Origin: Endomicrobium sp. | GTDB lineage: Bacteria; Elusimicrobiota; Endomicrobiia; Endomicrobiales; Endomicrobiaceae | Reading direction: 5' to 3' | Assembly: GCA_031273925.1 (NCBI GenBank) | Contig: JAISQW010000005.1 | Span: 124,920 to 188,919 of the forward strand | Length of the DNA stretch: 64,000 nt | Shown: positions 32,787 through 43,661 of the stretch, in pieces | Layout: each line of letters begins with the position of its first letter | Numbering within the stretch: the first letter of the stretch is position 1 | Position numbers and translations under genes: made by a program | The notes under the pieces: generated by a model | What the model was told of the DNA's origin: nothing | The model's database searches: none | What the model saw: the letters and a program-made list of their open reading frames with translations, nothing else

Positions 32787-33842
32787 TTATTGGGATAGTA
32801 AATTTACTTTACAATGATATCCTTTATCATTAGATACATATCTTTTTATAGATTTAATTTTATTTTCTATACAAATTCTACAATGTACAGGCGATTCATC
32901 AATACAAATCTTTCCAGGATATATTTTATAGTATTTTTTGTATATAGCTTTTGTAGCATTTGGCATAATTACATTAGCTCCACTTTGTAAAGCAATTATA
33001 CGACCTCTATTATTTAATGTTTCCATAGCTGTTGTCGCAGCTATATTTATATCTGGCATTAACAATCTTAATATTGCCATAATTTTCAACGATAATTCAA
33101 ATAAATTTTTACTATTTATATTTTTAATAGGAGTATCAGGATTATAAATAAAAGGACCTATTCCTACCATATCTACAGGTATTGATTTAAGATAAATAAT
33201 ATCTTTCACTATACTTTTCAATGTTTGTCCAGGTAAACCTACTATTATTCCTGATCCAATTTCAAATCCTAGTTTTTTTATGTTTTCAATGCAATTCATT
33301 CTGTTCTTTAAGTTCATACCAGGATTTAATTTATGATATAGAATTTCATCTGTAGTTTCAATTTTTAATAAATATCTATCAGCACCAGCAACACGATAAG
33401 CTTTATATTCTTCAAAAGTTTTTTCTCCAAGACTTAATGTTAAAGCAAAATCTAATTTTTTAATTTCTGAAATAATTTTTGACATTTTTTTTATGTCATA
33501 ATAATTATCTTCACCAGATTGTAAAACTATAGTTTTATATCCATAATATTTTGCTTTATTTGCTAAATTTATTATTTCCTTTAGTTTTAAACGATATCTT
33601 ATTATTTTAAAATTATCAGATCTTAATCCACAGTATAAACAGTTTTGTTTACAATAATTTGAAAATTCTATAAGTGCACGTAAGTGCACACCATTACCAA
33701 CATATTTTAAACGTACTTTATTTGCTATATCAAAGAGTTTTTTACTTTCTTTAGATTGTATCAAGTAAAGAATTTCTTTTTCGCACAATATGTGCGATTG
33801 AATTGCTTTATTTAATATAAATTTTATATTATTAATAGACAT
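32787..33842 (-). CDS. hydE: [FeFe]-hydrogenase maturase HydE (radical SAM)
   Basis: IEFSNYCKQNCLYCG, LQSGED, GPFI, YKIYPGK and C-terminal Cx7Cx2C. Confidence 0.88.
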   Translation of the reverse strand: MSINNIKFILNKAIQSHILCEKEILYLIQSKESKKLFDIANKVRLKYVGNGVHLRALIEFSNYCKQNCLYCGLRSDNFKIIRYRLKLKEIINLANKAKYYGYKTIVLQSGEDNYYDIKKMSKIISEIKKLDFALTLSLGEKTFEEYKAYRVAGADRYLLKIETTDEILYHKLNPGMNLKNRMNCIENIKKLGFEIGSGIIVGLPGQTLKSIVKDIIYLKSIPVDMVGIGPFIYNPDTPIKNINSKNLFELSLKIMAILRLLMPDINIAATTAMETLNNRGRIIALQSGANVIMPNATKAIYKKYYKIYPGKICIDESPVHCRICIENKIKSIKRYVSNDKGYHCKVNLLSQ

Positions 33843-34015
33843 AATAGTTTTTTTTATTATATAAAAAAAAATATAAAGCAAATCAAGATCTATTTTCGTA
33901 TAGCAAAAAAAATCTTTAACAGATTTGTATGAGAAAGTGTACTTAAAATTTCATGCAATATAACATTAACTGTACGATTTAAAAAATATTTTTACTATAT
34001 TACATAATAAAACAT

Positions 34016-35032
34016 ATGAAATTTTTGTATCCATTATCATTAGTTTATTTTCTTATCTATAAATTAGATATGAAATTTAGTATTCAAAAAAAACTTTCTA
34101 AACCTGTAATAAGTATTGGGAACATTACTTGGGGAGGAACCGGAAAAACACCAATTGTAATAGAGCTTTTAAATTTTCTCGTGAATAATAATTTAAAACC
34201 TGTTGTGTTAACACGTGGATATTTTAGAAAAAATAGTAAGATACCATTAATTCTAAAAAATGGGGCAAAATTAGTCAACGTATCAAACAGTGGTGATGAA
34301 CCTCTTTTAATTGCAAAAAGCGTTGTTAAAGCAGCTGTTATTGTAGGCAAAAAAAGATATAAAAATGCTTTAAGATTCGAAAACGAATTGTTACCAGATG
34401 TTTATATTTTAGATGACGGTTTTCAACATTGGAATATTAAAAAAAATTTAGATATAGTTTGTTTAAATGCAGCAAATCCGTTTGGAAATGGATTACTAAT
34501 ACCTGCTGGAAATTTACGCGAAAAACTAACAGCTTTAAAAAGAGCATCTGTTATAATTCTTACAAATTCTGATATTATTTCTATAAAAAAACTTCGCAAA
34601 TTAGAACAAAAGGTGTTTTCTTTATCTGGGAAGATACCTTTTATCACATATTATGGTGAATTTAAATATAAAACTATAGATTTATCTTCAGATTTTGACA
34701 TTAATCATTTTAAACAATTTAATATATACTCGTTGAGTGCTATAGGATTTGCTGATGGTTTTAAAAACTCTATCAGAAATTCTGGAATAAAAATAAAAGA
34801 CAGTATAATTTTAAGAGATCATAGCTATTATGATAATACAATTATTAAAAACATAATAAAAGAAAAAGGAGAAAACTCGCGTTTTATTATCACAGCTAAA
34901 GATTCAGTCAAATTTGAAAATGTAGATGATAATATAAAGCAAAAATTTGCAGTTCTTACTGTAAAACCATGTTTTATGGAAAGGAAAAAAGAATGGGATC
35001 TAACAATATTAAAGTCCCTGCAGTCTTTTTAG
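34016..35032 (+). CDS. lpxK: Tetraacyldisaccharide 4'-kinase
   Basis: ISIGNITWGGTGKTP, GDEP, LDDGFQH and PAGNLRE motifs. Confidence 0.94.
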   Translation: MKFLYPLSLVYFLIYKLDMKFSIQKKLSKPVISIGNITWGGTGKTPIVIELLNFLVNNNLKPVVLTRGYFRKNSKIPLILKNGAKLVNVSNSGDEPLLIAKSVVKAAVIVGKKRYKNALRFENELLPDVYILDDGFQHWNIKKNLDIVCLNAANPFGNGLLIPAGNLREKLTALKRASVIILTNSDIISIKKLRKLEQKVFSLSGKIPFITYYGEFKYKTIDLSSDFDINHFKQFNIYSLSAIGFADGFKNSIRNSGIKIKDSIILRDHSYYDNTIIKNIIKEKGENSRFIITAKDSVKFENVDDNIKQKFAVLTVKPCFMERKKEWDLTILKSLQSF

Positions 35033-35568
35033 ATAGAGATGGGACAATTATTTTTAATAAAAAATATTTAAATTCGCCAAAAAAAGTAAAACTTTTTTCT
35101 TTTATCGCTGAAAGTATAATTAAATTAAAAAATGCAGGATTTAAGATAATTGTTGTAACAAATCAATCCGGTATAAATAGAGGAATACTTACAAAAAAAC
35201 AATTAAATATAATAAATGAAAAAATTAACAATTTATTAAAAAAAAAGGGAGCGAAAATAGATGGATTTTACTATTGTCCACATATTGAAGCTGATGATTG
35301 TAAATGTAGAAAACCTAAAATTGGCATGGTACTAGAAGGATCAAGATTCTTTAATATAAATCTCAAAGAATCATATGTAATAGGAGATTGTATAAAAGAT
35401 TATTTATTGGGATTTAATATGGGAGGCAAAGGTATTTTAGTTCTTACTGGTCATGGTAAAAAACAAAGAAAGGAAATATCAAAAGAAAAAATAAAACCTA
35501 TGGCTATATCAAAAAATTTAAAAGAAGCTGTAAAAGTAATAGTTCAAAACAAAAAAAATAGAAAATGA
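34993..35568 (+). CDS. gmhB: D,D-heptose-1,7-bisphosphate phosphatase (HAD IIIA)
   Basis: FLDRDGT, VTNQSG and CPH...CKCRKPK motifs. Confidence 0.85.
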   Translation: MGSNNIKVPAVFLDRDGTIIFNKKYLNSPKKVKLFSFIAESIIKLKNAGFKIIVVTNQSGINRGILTKKQLNIINEKINNLLKKKGAKIDGFYYCPHIEADDCKCRKPKIGMVLEGSRFFNINLKESYVIGDCIKDYLLGFNMGGKGILVLTGHGKKQRKEISKEKIKPMAISKNLKEAVKVIVQNKKNRK

Positions 35569-35722
35569 TATATAGTAAATTTTAATATTCACATCGTTAT
35601 TTCGACTAGTATACATAATCTTTGTACTTGATTTATAGTTAATATTTTGATTTCATTAAATTATTGTTTTTTTGTATTGATTTTTCTTGATTCAAATTTA
35701 TAATAAAAAGAGGAAATGTTAA

Positions 35723-36418
35723 ATGTATAAAATAGTTTTGATTAGACACGGAGAGAGTGTTTGGAATAAGGAAAATAAGTTCACTGGTTGGACAGATGTT
35801 GATTTATCAGAAAATGGAATAAAAGAAGCTTTAAGTGCTGGCATACAGTTAAAAAAACATGGTTTTACTTTTAATCTTTCATATACTTCTGTTCTTAAAA
35901 GAGCAATAAAAACACTTTTCAATATACTTGATACTATGGATTTACTTTGGATTCCTGTAATAAAAAATTGGAAATTAAACGAAAGGCATTATGGAGCATT
36001 ACAAGGATTGAATAAATTTGAAACAAGTATAAAATATGGTAAAAAACAAGTAGAAAAGTGGAGAAGAAGTTATGATATTCGACCAATAATTTTAGATAAA
36101 GATGACAATAGATGTCCTAGTAATGATATAAAATATATTGGATTATCAGATACTGAATTACCGTTGACAGAAAGTCTAAAAGATACAGTATCAAGAGTTG
36201 TACCATATTGGAATGATGTAATTATTCCGCAAATAAAACTGGGTAAAAAAATTATAATAGTAGCACATGGTAATAGTTTAAGAGCATTGATTAAGTATCT
36301 TAATAATATAAGTGATGACGATATAATAAATTTAAACATACCAACTGCAGTACCATTTGTTTGTGAATTTAATGATCAATTAAAATTGTCAAAAAGTTAT
36401 TATTTACGTGATTCATAA
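35723..36418 (+). CDS. gpmA: 2,3-BPG-dependent phosphoglycerate mutase
   Basis: [16 protein letters not shown] and AHGNSLR motifs. Confidence 0.97.
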   Translation: MYKIVLIRHGESVWNKENKFTGWTDVDLSENGIKEALSAGIQLKKHGFTFNLSYTSVLKRAIKTLFNILDTMDLLWIPVIKNWKLNERHYGALQGLNKFETSIKYGKKQVEKWRRSYDIRPIILDKDDNRCPSNDIKYIGLSDTELPLTESLKDTVSRVVPYWNDVIIPQIKLGKKIIIVAHGNSLRALIKYLNNISDDDIINLNIPTAVPFVCEFNDQLKLSKSYYLRDS

Positions 36419-36517
36419 TATAAGTTTAATTTATAAAGTAAATTAGTATATAAAAGAATATATTTCAGCAATTTCACTTATTTTTAAAAGTTGATATATT
36501 TTTACAGGAGTAATAAA

Positions 36518-37516
36518 ATGGATATTAAAAAATACGTTTTAAATTTGTCAAAAAAATCTAAAAAAAAAGTGATTTTGCCTGAAAGTTTTGATGAGAGAGT
36601 TATAAGAGCTGCTCATATGCTTACAGAGGATGGTATAGCTTCTGTTATTTTGCCTACTCATAATATAAAAATACTTAAAAAAAATGGATATAAAATTGGT
36701 ATTAATTTAGATAAAATTGAAATTATCGAAATTGATATAAATCTTCTTGATAAAGATAAAGTAGAAAAATTCATAGATGCTAGAAGAAAAAAAAATATTT
36801 CTAGACAAGATAGTATAGATCTTTTAGAAAAAAACTTGTATTTCTCAATGATGTATTTAAAAAGTGGAAAATGTAATGCATGTGTGTGTGGAGCAGTTTA
36901 CGACACAACTGATGTTTTAAGAGCAGGATTTCATGTAATAGGGCCTGCAGAAGGAATAGATACTGTTTCTTCATATTTTCTTATGATACCTCCAAAAAAT
37001 CATACTGTTATAAAAGAACCAATTTTTTTTGCAGATTGTGCTGTAAATCCTGAACCTAATAGTATCGAATTAAGAGATATTGCAATATTAAGTGTAAAAA
37101 ATTTCAAAAAACTTTTTCCAAATAGATTTGCAAATGTTTCAATGTTATCATTTTCAACAAAAGGAAGTGCTAATAATAAGGTTTTATCTAAAATAATAGA
37201 GGCTACTGAATTTTTAAAAAATTTTTTTGCTAGAGAAGACGATATAAATGTTGATGGAGAATTTCAATTTGATGCTGCAATTATACCAAGTGTTGGTAAA
37301 AGAAAAGCTCCTAATTCATCTATTTCAGGAAAATCAAATATTATGATATTTCCTGATTTGAATTCAGGAAACATAGGATATAAAATTGCAGAAAGACTTG
37401 GTGGATTTCAAGCACTAGGTCCTGTGCTCCAAGGACTGGATCTCCCAGTAAGTGATTTAAGTAGAGGATCTAGTAGTGATGATATTTATCTTATTTCTTC
37501 AATCTTGCTTTTATAA
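36518..37516 (+). CDS. pta: Phosphate acetyltransferase
   Basis: FADCAVNP, SFSTKGS, DGEFQFDAA, GNIGYK and DLSRG motifs; AGGAG RBS. Confidence 0.93.
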   Translation: MDIKKYVLNLSKKSKKKVILPESFDERVIRAAHMLTEDGIASVILPTHNIKILKKNGYKIGINLDKIEIIEIDINLLDKDKVEKFIDARRKKNISRQDSIDLLEKNLYFSMMYLKSGKCNACVCGAVYDTTDVLRAGFHVIGPAEGIDTVSSYFLMIPPKNHTVIKEPIFFADCAVNPEPNSIELRDIAILSVKNFKKLFPNRFANVSMLSFSTKGSANNKVLSKIIEATEFLKNFFAREDDINVDGEFQFDAAIIPSVGKRKAPNSSISGKSNIMIFPDLNSGNIGYKIAERLGGFQALGPVLQGLDLPVSDLSRGSSSDDIYLISSILLL

Positions 37517-37523
37517 AAAATAA

Positions 37524-38585
37524 TCAAAAAACAACATTATTTTTAATTATTTTTTCTATTATTTTAGTCCCTAAACTAATTGTTGAATTTACGTCGTTAA
37601 TATTGAAAACAGATATAGGTGCATGAATATATCTTACAGGTATGCTTAAGATTCCTGTAAGTATTCCGTTTCTGTTTATATATGTTATTGCACCATCCGT
37701 TATACCAGCATTGATTATGTCTATCTGATATGGTATTTTATTTTTGTACGCAATATTAACCATGAGTTTATGTATTTTTTGATTTACTATTATACCTCTT
37801 CCAGAAGCTTCTATCATAGTTATATTAGTTCCTTTTCCTAATTTTAATATTGAAGTTTTTTCTTCAATTCTAGGAATGTCACCACTAATAGTGGTATCTA
37901 TAACAAGTACAAAATCCGGATTTAATTTAAAAGAAGATGTTTTTGCTCCTTTTAAACCAATTTCTTCTTGAACAGTCGCACACGCATAAATTTCACTACT
38001 TAAATCTTTATTTTTTTTTAATTTTTCCATGATTTTTATCATAGTATAGCAACCTATTCTATTGTCAACTGCTTTACCATAATAAAAACTACCATTCAAT
38101 ATACCTGCCATAGGTTCAAAAATAATTTGATCACCTATATCTATAATTTTTAATACATTTGTTTTTGAAGGAATACCAATATCTATGAACATATCTGTAT
38201 ATTTTATTGATTTATTATTTTTTTCATCTTTTGCTAAGTGTGGAGGTATTGTCCCTATTATTCCGGTTACATGCTCACCTTTTTTATTTATAATTTTTAC
38301 CATTTTACCTGGTAAAACAGAATCATCAATTCCTCCAATTTTAATAAAATATATATACCCATTTTTATCAATATATTTTACTACCATGCCAATTTCATCC
38401 ATATGTGATATAATCATTATTTTTTTTTTACCTGTTCCTATTTTCCCTATAACATTGCCTAAATTATCTATTACGACGTTATCACATATACTAGAAAGAT
38501 AATTTGTTATAATCTTTGCAACATTTTCTTCATATCCAGAAATACCATCAGATGTTAATAAATTATTTAACAATTCATCTTTCAT
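37524..38585 (-). CDS. M42 family aminopeptidase
   Basis: SGYE, HMDEIG, DNRIG, QEEIGL and RYIH motifs. Confidence 0.9.
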   Translation of the reverse strand: MKDELLNNLLTSDGISGYEENVAKIITNYLSSICDNVVIDNLGNVIGKIGTGKKKIMIISHMDEIGMVVKYIDKNGYIYFIKIGGIDDSVLPGKMVKIINKKGEHVTGIIGTIPPHLAKDEKNNKSIKYTDMFIDIGIPSKTNVLKIIDIGDQIIFEPMAGILNGSFYYGKAVDNRIGCYTMIKIMEKLKKNKDLSSEIYACATVQEEIGLKGAKTSSFKLNPDFVLVIDTTISGDIPRIEEKTSILKLGKGTNITMIEASGRGIIVNQKIHKLMVNIAYKNKIPYQIDIINAGITDGAITYINRNGILTGILSIPVRYIHAPISVFNINDVNSTISLGTKIIEKIIKNNVVF

Positions 38586-38911
38586 TTTTTGATTTTCCTT
38601 TTTTTTATTATAAACATTATTGTATCTATAAGACAAATATTCATACAAAAATTATAATAACGCTTTATAAATTTTTATCTATAAATTATTATGTAAAAAA
38701 AAACGGCATAAACAAAAGTGACAATAAGAATGTTGTATTAATAATATACATATTTTAAAAGTTGTAAATAAAAACCACTTTTTATTGTATAGTTAATACA
38801 ATAATAGTATTACATAAAATTATTTTTGGTAAACATATTTTTTGGCAGATTCACCTTAAAATATTTTTTTTGTTAATGCTATTGAATTCAATAATAATAC
38901 TATTTTTTTTA

Positions 38912-39193
38912 TCATTTTCTATTATAAAACAATTTTGCCAATTTCGCTTTTTGTTTTGAAACTGTATTATTATGCAATACATTCTTCTTTGATGCTCTAT
39001 CCAACTTTGAGAAAATATCTGATAATTTTTCAAGCCCTACTTTATTATTATCATTATTATCTTTTACGTATTCTTTAATTTTTTTTATTAAAGTTTTAAT
39101 TCTATTTTTAATTATCATATTTATTTTATTTCTTTTTTTTGATTTTCTAGTTTCTTTAATAGCAGATGTATGCCTACCAGTTTTAAGTTTCAT
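38912..39193 (-). CDS. rpsT: 30S ribosomal protein S20
   Basis: HTSAIK..R...RN and LDRASKKNVLHNN...KAKL patterns; AAGGAG RBS. Confidence 0.9.
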   Translation of the reverse strand: MKLKTGRHTSAIKETRKSKKRNKINMIIKNRIKTLIKKIKEYVKDNNDNNKVGLEKLSDIFSKLDRASKKNVLHNNTVSKQKAKLAKLFYNRK

Positions 39194-39256
39194 TATTTTG
39201 TCTCCTTCACAGATTATTAATAATTAATCAAACTGTATAAAAATACGCAATAGAGA

Positions 39257-39286
39257 ATTATAGCTTAAATTTGATTATATAATCAA
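39257..39286 (-). promoter_or_regulatory. Putative sigma70 promoter of rpsT
   Basis: Minus strand TTGATT, 18-nt spacer, TATAAT. Confidence 0.5.
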
Positions 39287-39294
39287 ATTTAAGC
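39263..39294. repeat. Perfect 32-bp palindrome
   Basis: GCTTAAATTTGATTAT|ATAATCAAATTTAAGC is its own reverse complement. Confidence 0.95.
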
Positions 39295-39494
39295 CATTTT
39301 TAGTTGTTAGATAAGATGGACACATAGTACACATAATTGTTGTTTTTTACATTCATCAATTTTTAAAAACATATATTACTATCATTTTATGATATCTATT
39401 ACTATACTAATAAATTAAAATAAAATTATATGCATCTCTCTCTATATATTTATGTATGTTAAAATTTACTCTATATAAAAAATAAATACATAAT

Positions 39495-40157
39495 TTATGT
39501 ATTGTTTTCTGCCCACGATCGACGCACATATAATGGATTTATTTCTTCATAATTTGTTGTGTTATTTTTTTGTTGATAAGCAAGTATTGCTAATGTTTGT
39601 GCATTTGGCATATGTATGATATTAGGTAAATTTGCGCCGCATGATTTGCCTAATTCCTTAATAAATTTTGCTTTATAAGTTATAGTAGCATTACCTATAA
39701 TGAGTGTTTCTTTTTTTGATTTTTTTATATTTTTTATAAATGAATTTATATTTTTAACTATGATCACTCCCTTACTGTTTTTAACATAAACTTCGTTTCT
39801 AAGTGCGTCAATAGCTGCAATTATTTTTAACGGTTTAATTATTAAAAAAGATTTTTCTAAAATAGATAAAGTGTCGATAGCTACAATTGGTTTATTTAGT
39901 GTTTGTGCTAATATCTTAGTAGCTGTTATTCCAATTCTTATACCAGTAAAACTTCCTGGTCCTATAGATACTGCAAATTTATCTATACTCTTAAATGAAC
40001 TACCTGTTTCATGCAATAGTCTTTCTATAACTGGTATAAGCATTTCTGAATGTATATTATATACAAAATCATAATAAAACGATACAATAGTCTTATTATT
40101 TTCATTCAAAGCTATACTAAATGTTTTTCCAGATGTTTCTATAGCTAAAATTTTCAT
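39495..40157 (-). CDS. tsaB: t6A biosynthesis protein TsaB
   Basis: LAIETS, GPGSFTGIRIG, IDALRNEVY and PLYVR motifs. Confidence 0.94.
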   Translation of the reverse strand: MKILAIETSGKTFSIALNENNKTIVSFYYDFVYNIHSEMLIPVIERLLHETGSSFKSIDKFAVSIGPGSFTGIRIGITATKILAQTLNKPIVAIDTLSILEKSFLIIKPLKIIAAIDALRNEVYVKNSKGVIIVKNINSFIKNIKKSKKETLIIGNATITYKAKFIKELGKSCGANLPNIIHMPNAQTLAILAYQQKNNTTNYEEINPLYVRRSWAENNT

Positions 40158-40621
40158 CGTTTTTTTTCTATTTTTATTATTCTTTTTGATTTAAAATATT
40201 CAATTTTTATATCCCAAGAATTATCATTTTTACACTCTGTTAATCTATTTGACCATTCAATAAGTGCAATATTATTACTATAAATATATTCTTCTATTCC
40301 TATATTCCATATATCAGTTGGTTCAAGTCTATATAAATCTAAATGAAAAAGTTTTAAATTACAATTTATATTATACTCATTTACAAGAATAAAGCTTGGA
40401 CTACGTGCAAATCCCTTAATTCCAAATGCTTTTATTACACCTTGAACAAAAGTTGTTTTTCCACTTCCTAAACTACCATTTAGAAAAACTATATCTCCAT
40501 TTTTCAATATAGACGCAAACTGTTCTCCTAAATTTTTAGTATCTTTTGGAGTTGTAGTAATAATATTTTTTTTACTAAAAGTGTCTATATCCAGAATATT
40601 TAACCTTTTTTTCTTTTCCAT
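40154..40621 (-). CDS. tsaE: t6A biosynthesis ATPase TsaE
   Basis: GSLGSGKTT, SPSF, HLDLYRL and IEW motifs; exact start uncertain. Confidence 0.92.
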   Translation of the reverse strand: MEKKKRLNILDIDTFSKKNIITTTPKDTKNLGEQFASILKNGDIVFLNGSLGSGKTTFVQGVIKAFGIKGFARSPSFILVNEYNINCNLKLFHLDLYRLEPTDIWNIGIEEYIYSNNIALIEWSNRLTECKNDNSWDIKIEYFKSKRIIKIEKKR

Positions 40622-41573
40622 TGTAAAAATATTTTACCTTTTTTGACAAATTGATTCGGCCTACATAAGAAATACTAGGCAGTATTTCTTTAATAAGTTT
40701 TGCTTTTAATGTAGACACTGTAAAAATAAGTTCATAATCTTCTGCTCCAAATAATGCATATTTGATTTGCTCTGATTTATTTTTAATGACTTTTTTTAAA
40801 CTTAAAGAAATTGGAATTTTCTCAATATAAATATCTGCTCCTTTATTTGAATTTTTTGCAAGAAGATTTACAGAAACATAAAATCCATCAGAAGCATCGA
40901 TTAAAGAAGTTAAATGTTTTGATATCATAATAGATTCATTGAATTTTGCTTTTGGATTATTTTGCTTTGAAATTAAAAAGCGTTCATATTTATTATACTT
41001 ATGTTTTGGTCCATATTTATATAAAAGATCTACTCCTGCACCAGCATCTCCAAAAGTATTTGTTAGTCCTATCAAATCTCCAACTCTTGCATTATTTCTT
41101 CTGATTATTTTGTTTGTTTTACCAATACCAATAGTTGTAATAGAAATTATAATTTTATCAGCTCTTACAGTATCACCACCAGCTATTACCATATTATACT
41201 TATCACACGTCATTTTTAACCCTTTATATAATTTCTTAATAAAAATTTTTGAAGTCGTAGGAGGAATTCCAAGTCCTATAAATATATATTTAGGTTTTAC
41301 ATTACCCATTGCAGCTATATCACTTATATTCACTTCAACAGCTTTCTTTCCGAGATCTTGTGGATCTATCCAATTTTTTTTAAAATGAACATTTTCTATT
41401 AACATATCTTTTGTAATAAAAATTTTTTTTTGCCCTATTTTAAAACAAAAACAATCATCACCTATGTTAACAATAATATTGTTATCATTTTTCAAATTTA
41501 ATTTAGTAAAATCATTTTTTATCATATCTATTAACTTAAATTCATCTATTGATGATATATATTTTTTTTTCAT
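40575..41573 (-). CDS. thiL: Thiamine-monophosphate kinase
   Basis: EFKLI, IGDDC, NISDIAAMG, GGDT, DASDG, EDYEL and GYRHF motifs. Confidence 0.94.
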   Translation of the reverse strand: MKKKYISSIDEFKLIDMIKNDFTKLNLKNDNNIIVNIGDDCFCFKIGQKKIFITKDMLIENVHFKKNWIDPQDLGKKAVEVNISDIAAMGNVKPKYIFIGLGIPPTTSKIFIKKLYKGLKMTCDKYNMVIAGGDTVRADKIIISITTIGIGKTNKIIRRNNARVGDLIGLTNTFGDAGAGVDLLYKYGPKHKYNKYERFLISKQNNPKAKFNESIMISKHLTSLIDASDGFYVSVNLLAKNSNKGADIYIEKIPISLSLKKVIKNKSEQIKYALFGAEDYELIFTVSTLKAKLIKEILPSISYVGRINLSKKVKYFYNGKEKKVKYSGYRHF

Positions 41574-41667
41574 TACCTTGAATTATACAAATTTTAATAT
41601 TATTATGAAAATTGAAGAAATAATTTTCATAACATGTATAAAAAATGTAAAGGCTATTTATATTATT

Positions 41668-42498
41668 ATGTATAATGTTAAAATACTGAAATACACTGTA
41701 GGAATTGTTTATAACAAATCAAAAAAAATTCAAAAATTTAACATTAAAGATTATGAAGTGGTTGTAGCGATATAAATGTAAAGTTTTTATAAGCGATTCT
41801 ATATCTGTAAATAAAAAAAAATAGATTTTTTTATCAATAGGTGGTGACGGTACAATGCTTAAAGTAATAAGAACTTTTTCACCTTTTTTCAGTACCTGTT
41901 AAAGGAATAAATTTAGGTTCATTAGGTTTTTTAACAGATATTTATGAAAATAAGATATTTATACTTTTAGAAAATATTTTGTGTTTAGGAATTGTAGTTG
42001 AAAATAGTGTAGAATTTAAACTAAATGATAAAAAATTAAAAACGGGAGCTGTTAATGATTATGTTGTGCGTTCTTTATTTATTGGTAAACTTGTAACTAC
42101 TGTTAATGTTAGTATTGATAAATGTTTCAGTGCAGAGTACAAGTGTGACGGAATGATTATAGCCACTCCTACAGGATCAACAGCTTATTCTCTTGCTGCT
42201 TCAGGACCTATAGTTTATCACATAGTATCCCAGTTTTTATTCTTACGCCAATTTCTCCACACACAGTAACACAAAGACCAATGATAATATCACAAATAAG
42301 AGTATCGTTTTTTTTGTTACAAGAAATAAATATAATATTGGAGAAATTTTAATATCAATAGATGGACAGAAAAATTACAGTTTACATAATGGAACAAAAA
42401 TAAAATTTTCTCTTTACGAAAAACCTTTTAAACTTATAAAAAATTGTAGTAAATCATATTTTGAAACGTTAAGAACAAAATTACACTGGAGTATGTAA
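41668..42498 (+). pseudogene. nadK: NAD kinase pseudogene
   Basis: Motifs split over frames: VGIVYNKSK (f1), SIGGDGTML (f2), GINLGSLGFLT...VND...DGMIIATPTGSTAYSLAASGP (f3), LTPISPHT...RP (f2), IDGQ...YFETLRTKLHW* (f1); in-frame TAG at 41765 and 41822. Confidence 0.9.
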
Positions 42499-42680
42499 AG
42501 TTAAAATAATACACTCTGTTCAATAAAAATGGAGCACTTTAAAGAAATATAAAAAAAGTAATATTTTTTTCTATTTTTAATAATATTTTAATAATATTTT
42601 TATAAGTTTAAGTGAATGAAATTATAAGTTAGTGATAAGTAAAATCAGTATTATTTTTTTAAAAGAAACACATAAAAACT

Positions 42681-42751
42681 CTCCGGGACCAGGATTCGAA
42701 CCTAGACAAAGGGATCCAAAATCCCTTGTGCTACCATTACACAATCCCGGA
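42681..42751 (-). tRNA. tRNA-Gln(TTG)
   Basis: Minus strand TCCGGGATTGTGTAATGGTAGCAC-A-AGGGA-TTTTGGA-TCCCT...GGTTCGAATCC-TGGTCCCGGAG; follows ispE. Confidence 0.95.
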
Positions 42752-42785
42752 AAAATTCCTTTAATTAATAATATAATTCTTTTTC

Positions 42786-43625
42786 CTATATATTTACAGT
42801 AGAAGTAAACCAAATTTGCCATTTATATTTCTCTAAATCATTTTTAATTCTTTGATTTTCAAGATTTGAATTTAATATTCCAAAAACTGTTGATCCTGAT
42901 CCTGACATAAGATTTACATATCCTAATTCATTTAAAACATTTTTAATTTTTTTTATTTCTGGGTAGTATGGAATAACAAATTCTTCAAGTCTATTAAAAC
43001 AATAACTAAAATACCCTTTAAATAAATATGTTAAAGTTTTATTAATTTTTTTTTGATTTTTTAATGGATATTTTATTCTTTTATATATATTTTTTGTTGA
43101 AAGACCAAACCCAGGATTCACAAGAACTATATTCAAATCGTGTATTAAAAAATCATTTAACGGTATAACGATTTCTCCTATACCTCTACATAAAGCTGTA
43201 CCACATGTTAAAAAAAAAGGAACATCAGCTCCTATCTCTTTTGCAATTTGATTCAGTTTACTTTTTGTTGTTTTTATATTCCATAATTTAACCAAAGCTT
43301 TAATTGTAGTTGCCGCATTTGAAGAACCTCCACCTAATCCTGAACTTATAGGGATATTTTTTTTTAAATATATTTTTACACCACTTTTTATATTAAAATA
43401 ATTTTTAATAAGAAGAACAGTTTTATAAATAATATTCTTTTTGTTGTTGATAGATTTGTCATTACATTCAATTAAGATATCTTTATCTATAAGTTCAAAA
43501 AAAATAGTGTCACACAGATTTATGGTTTGCATAATACTTTCTAAATTATGATATCCATCAGATCTTTTATTTTTAATTTCTAAGAACAAATTAATTTTTG
43601 CAGGTGATTTAAAATATATTTTCAT
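42786..43625 (-). CDS. ispE: 4-diphosphocytidyl-2C-methyl-D-erythritol kinase
   Basis: PAKINLFL, GLGGGSSNAA, GADVPFF and MSGSGS motifs. Confidence 0.96.
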   Translation of the reverse strand: MKIYFKSPAKINLFLEIKNKRSDGYHNLESIMQTINLCDTIFFELIDKDILIECNDKSINNKKNIIYKTVLLIKNYFNIKSGVKIYLKKNIPISSGLGGGSSNAATTIKALVKLWNIKTTKSKLNQIAKEIGADVPFFLTCGTALCRGIGEIVIPLNDFLIHDLNIVLVNPGFGLSTKNIYKRIKYPLKNQKKINKTLTYLFKGYFSYCFNRLEEFVIPYYPEIKKIKNVLNELGYVNLMSGSGSTVFGILNSNLENQRIKNDLEKYKWQIWFTSTVNI

Positions 43626-43661
43626 TTATATATAAAATTTTGAAATAACAATATTTTAATT

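Noticed and set aside
41464-41775. Plus-strand 103-aa ORF as an independent gene
   Set aside because: Its 5' part is antisense to thiL and spacer; only its 3' part is the first nadK pseudogene fragment.
42622-42822. Minus-strand 66-aa ORF
   Set aside because: Overlaps tRNA-Gln; spurious translation of the tRNA.
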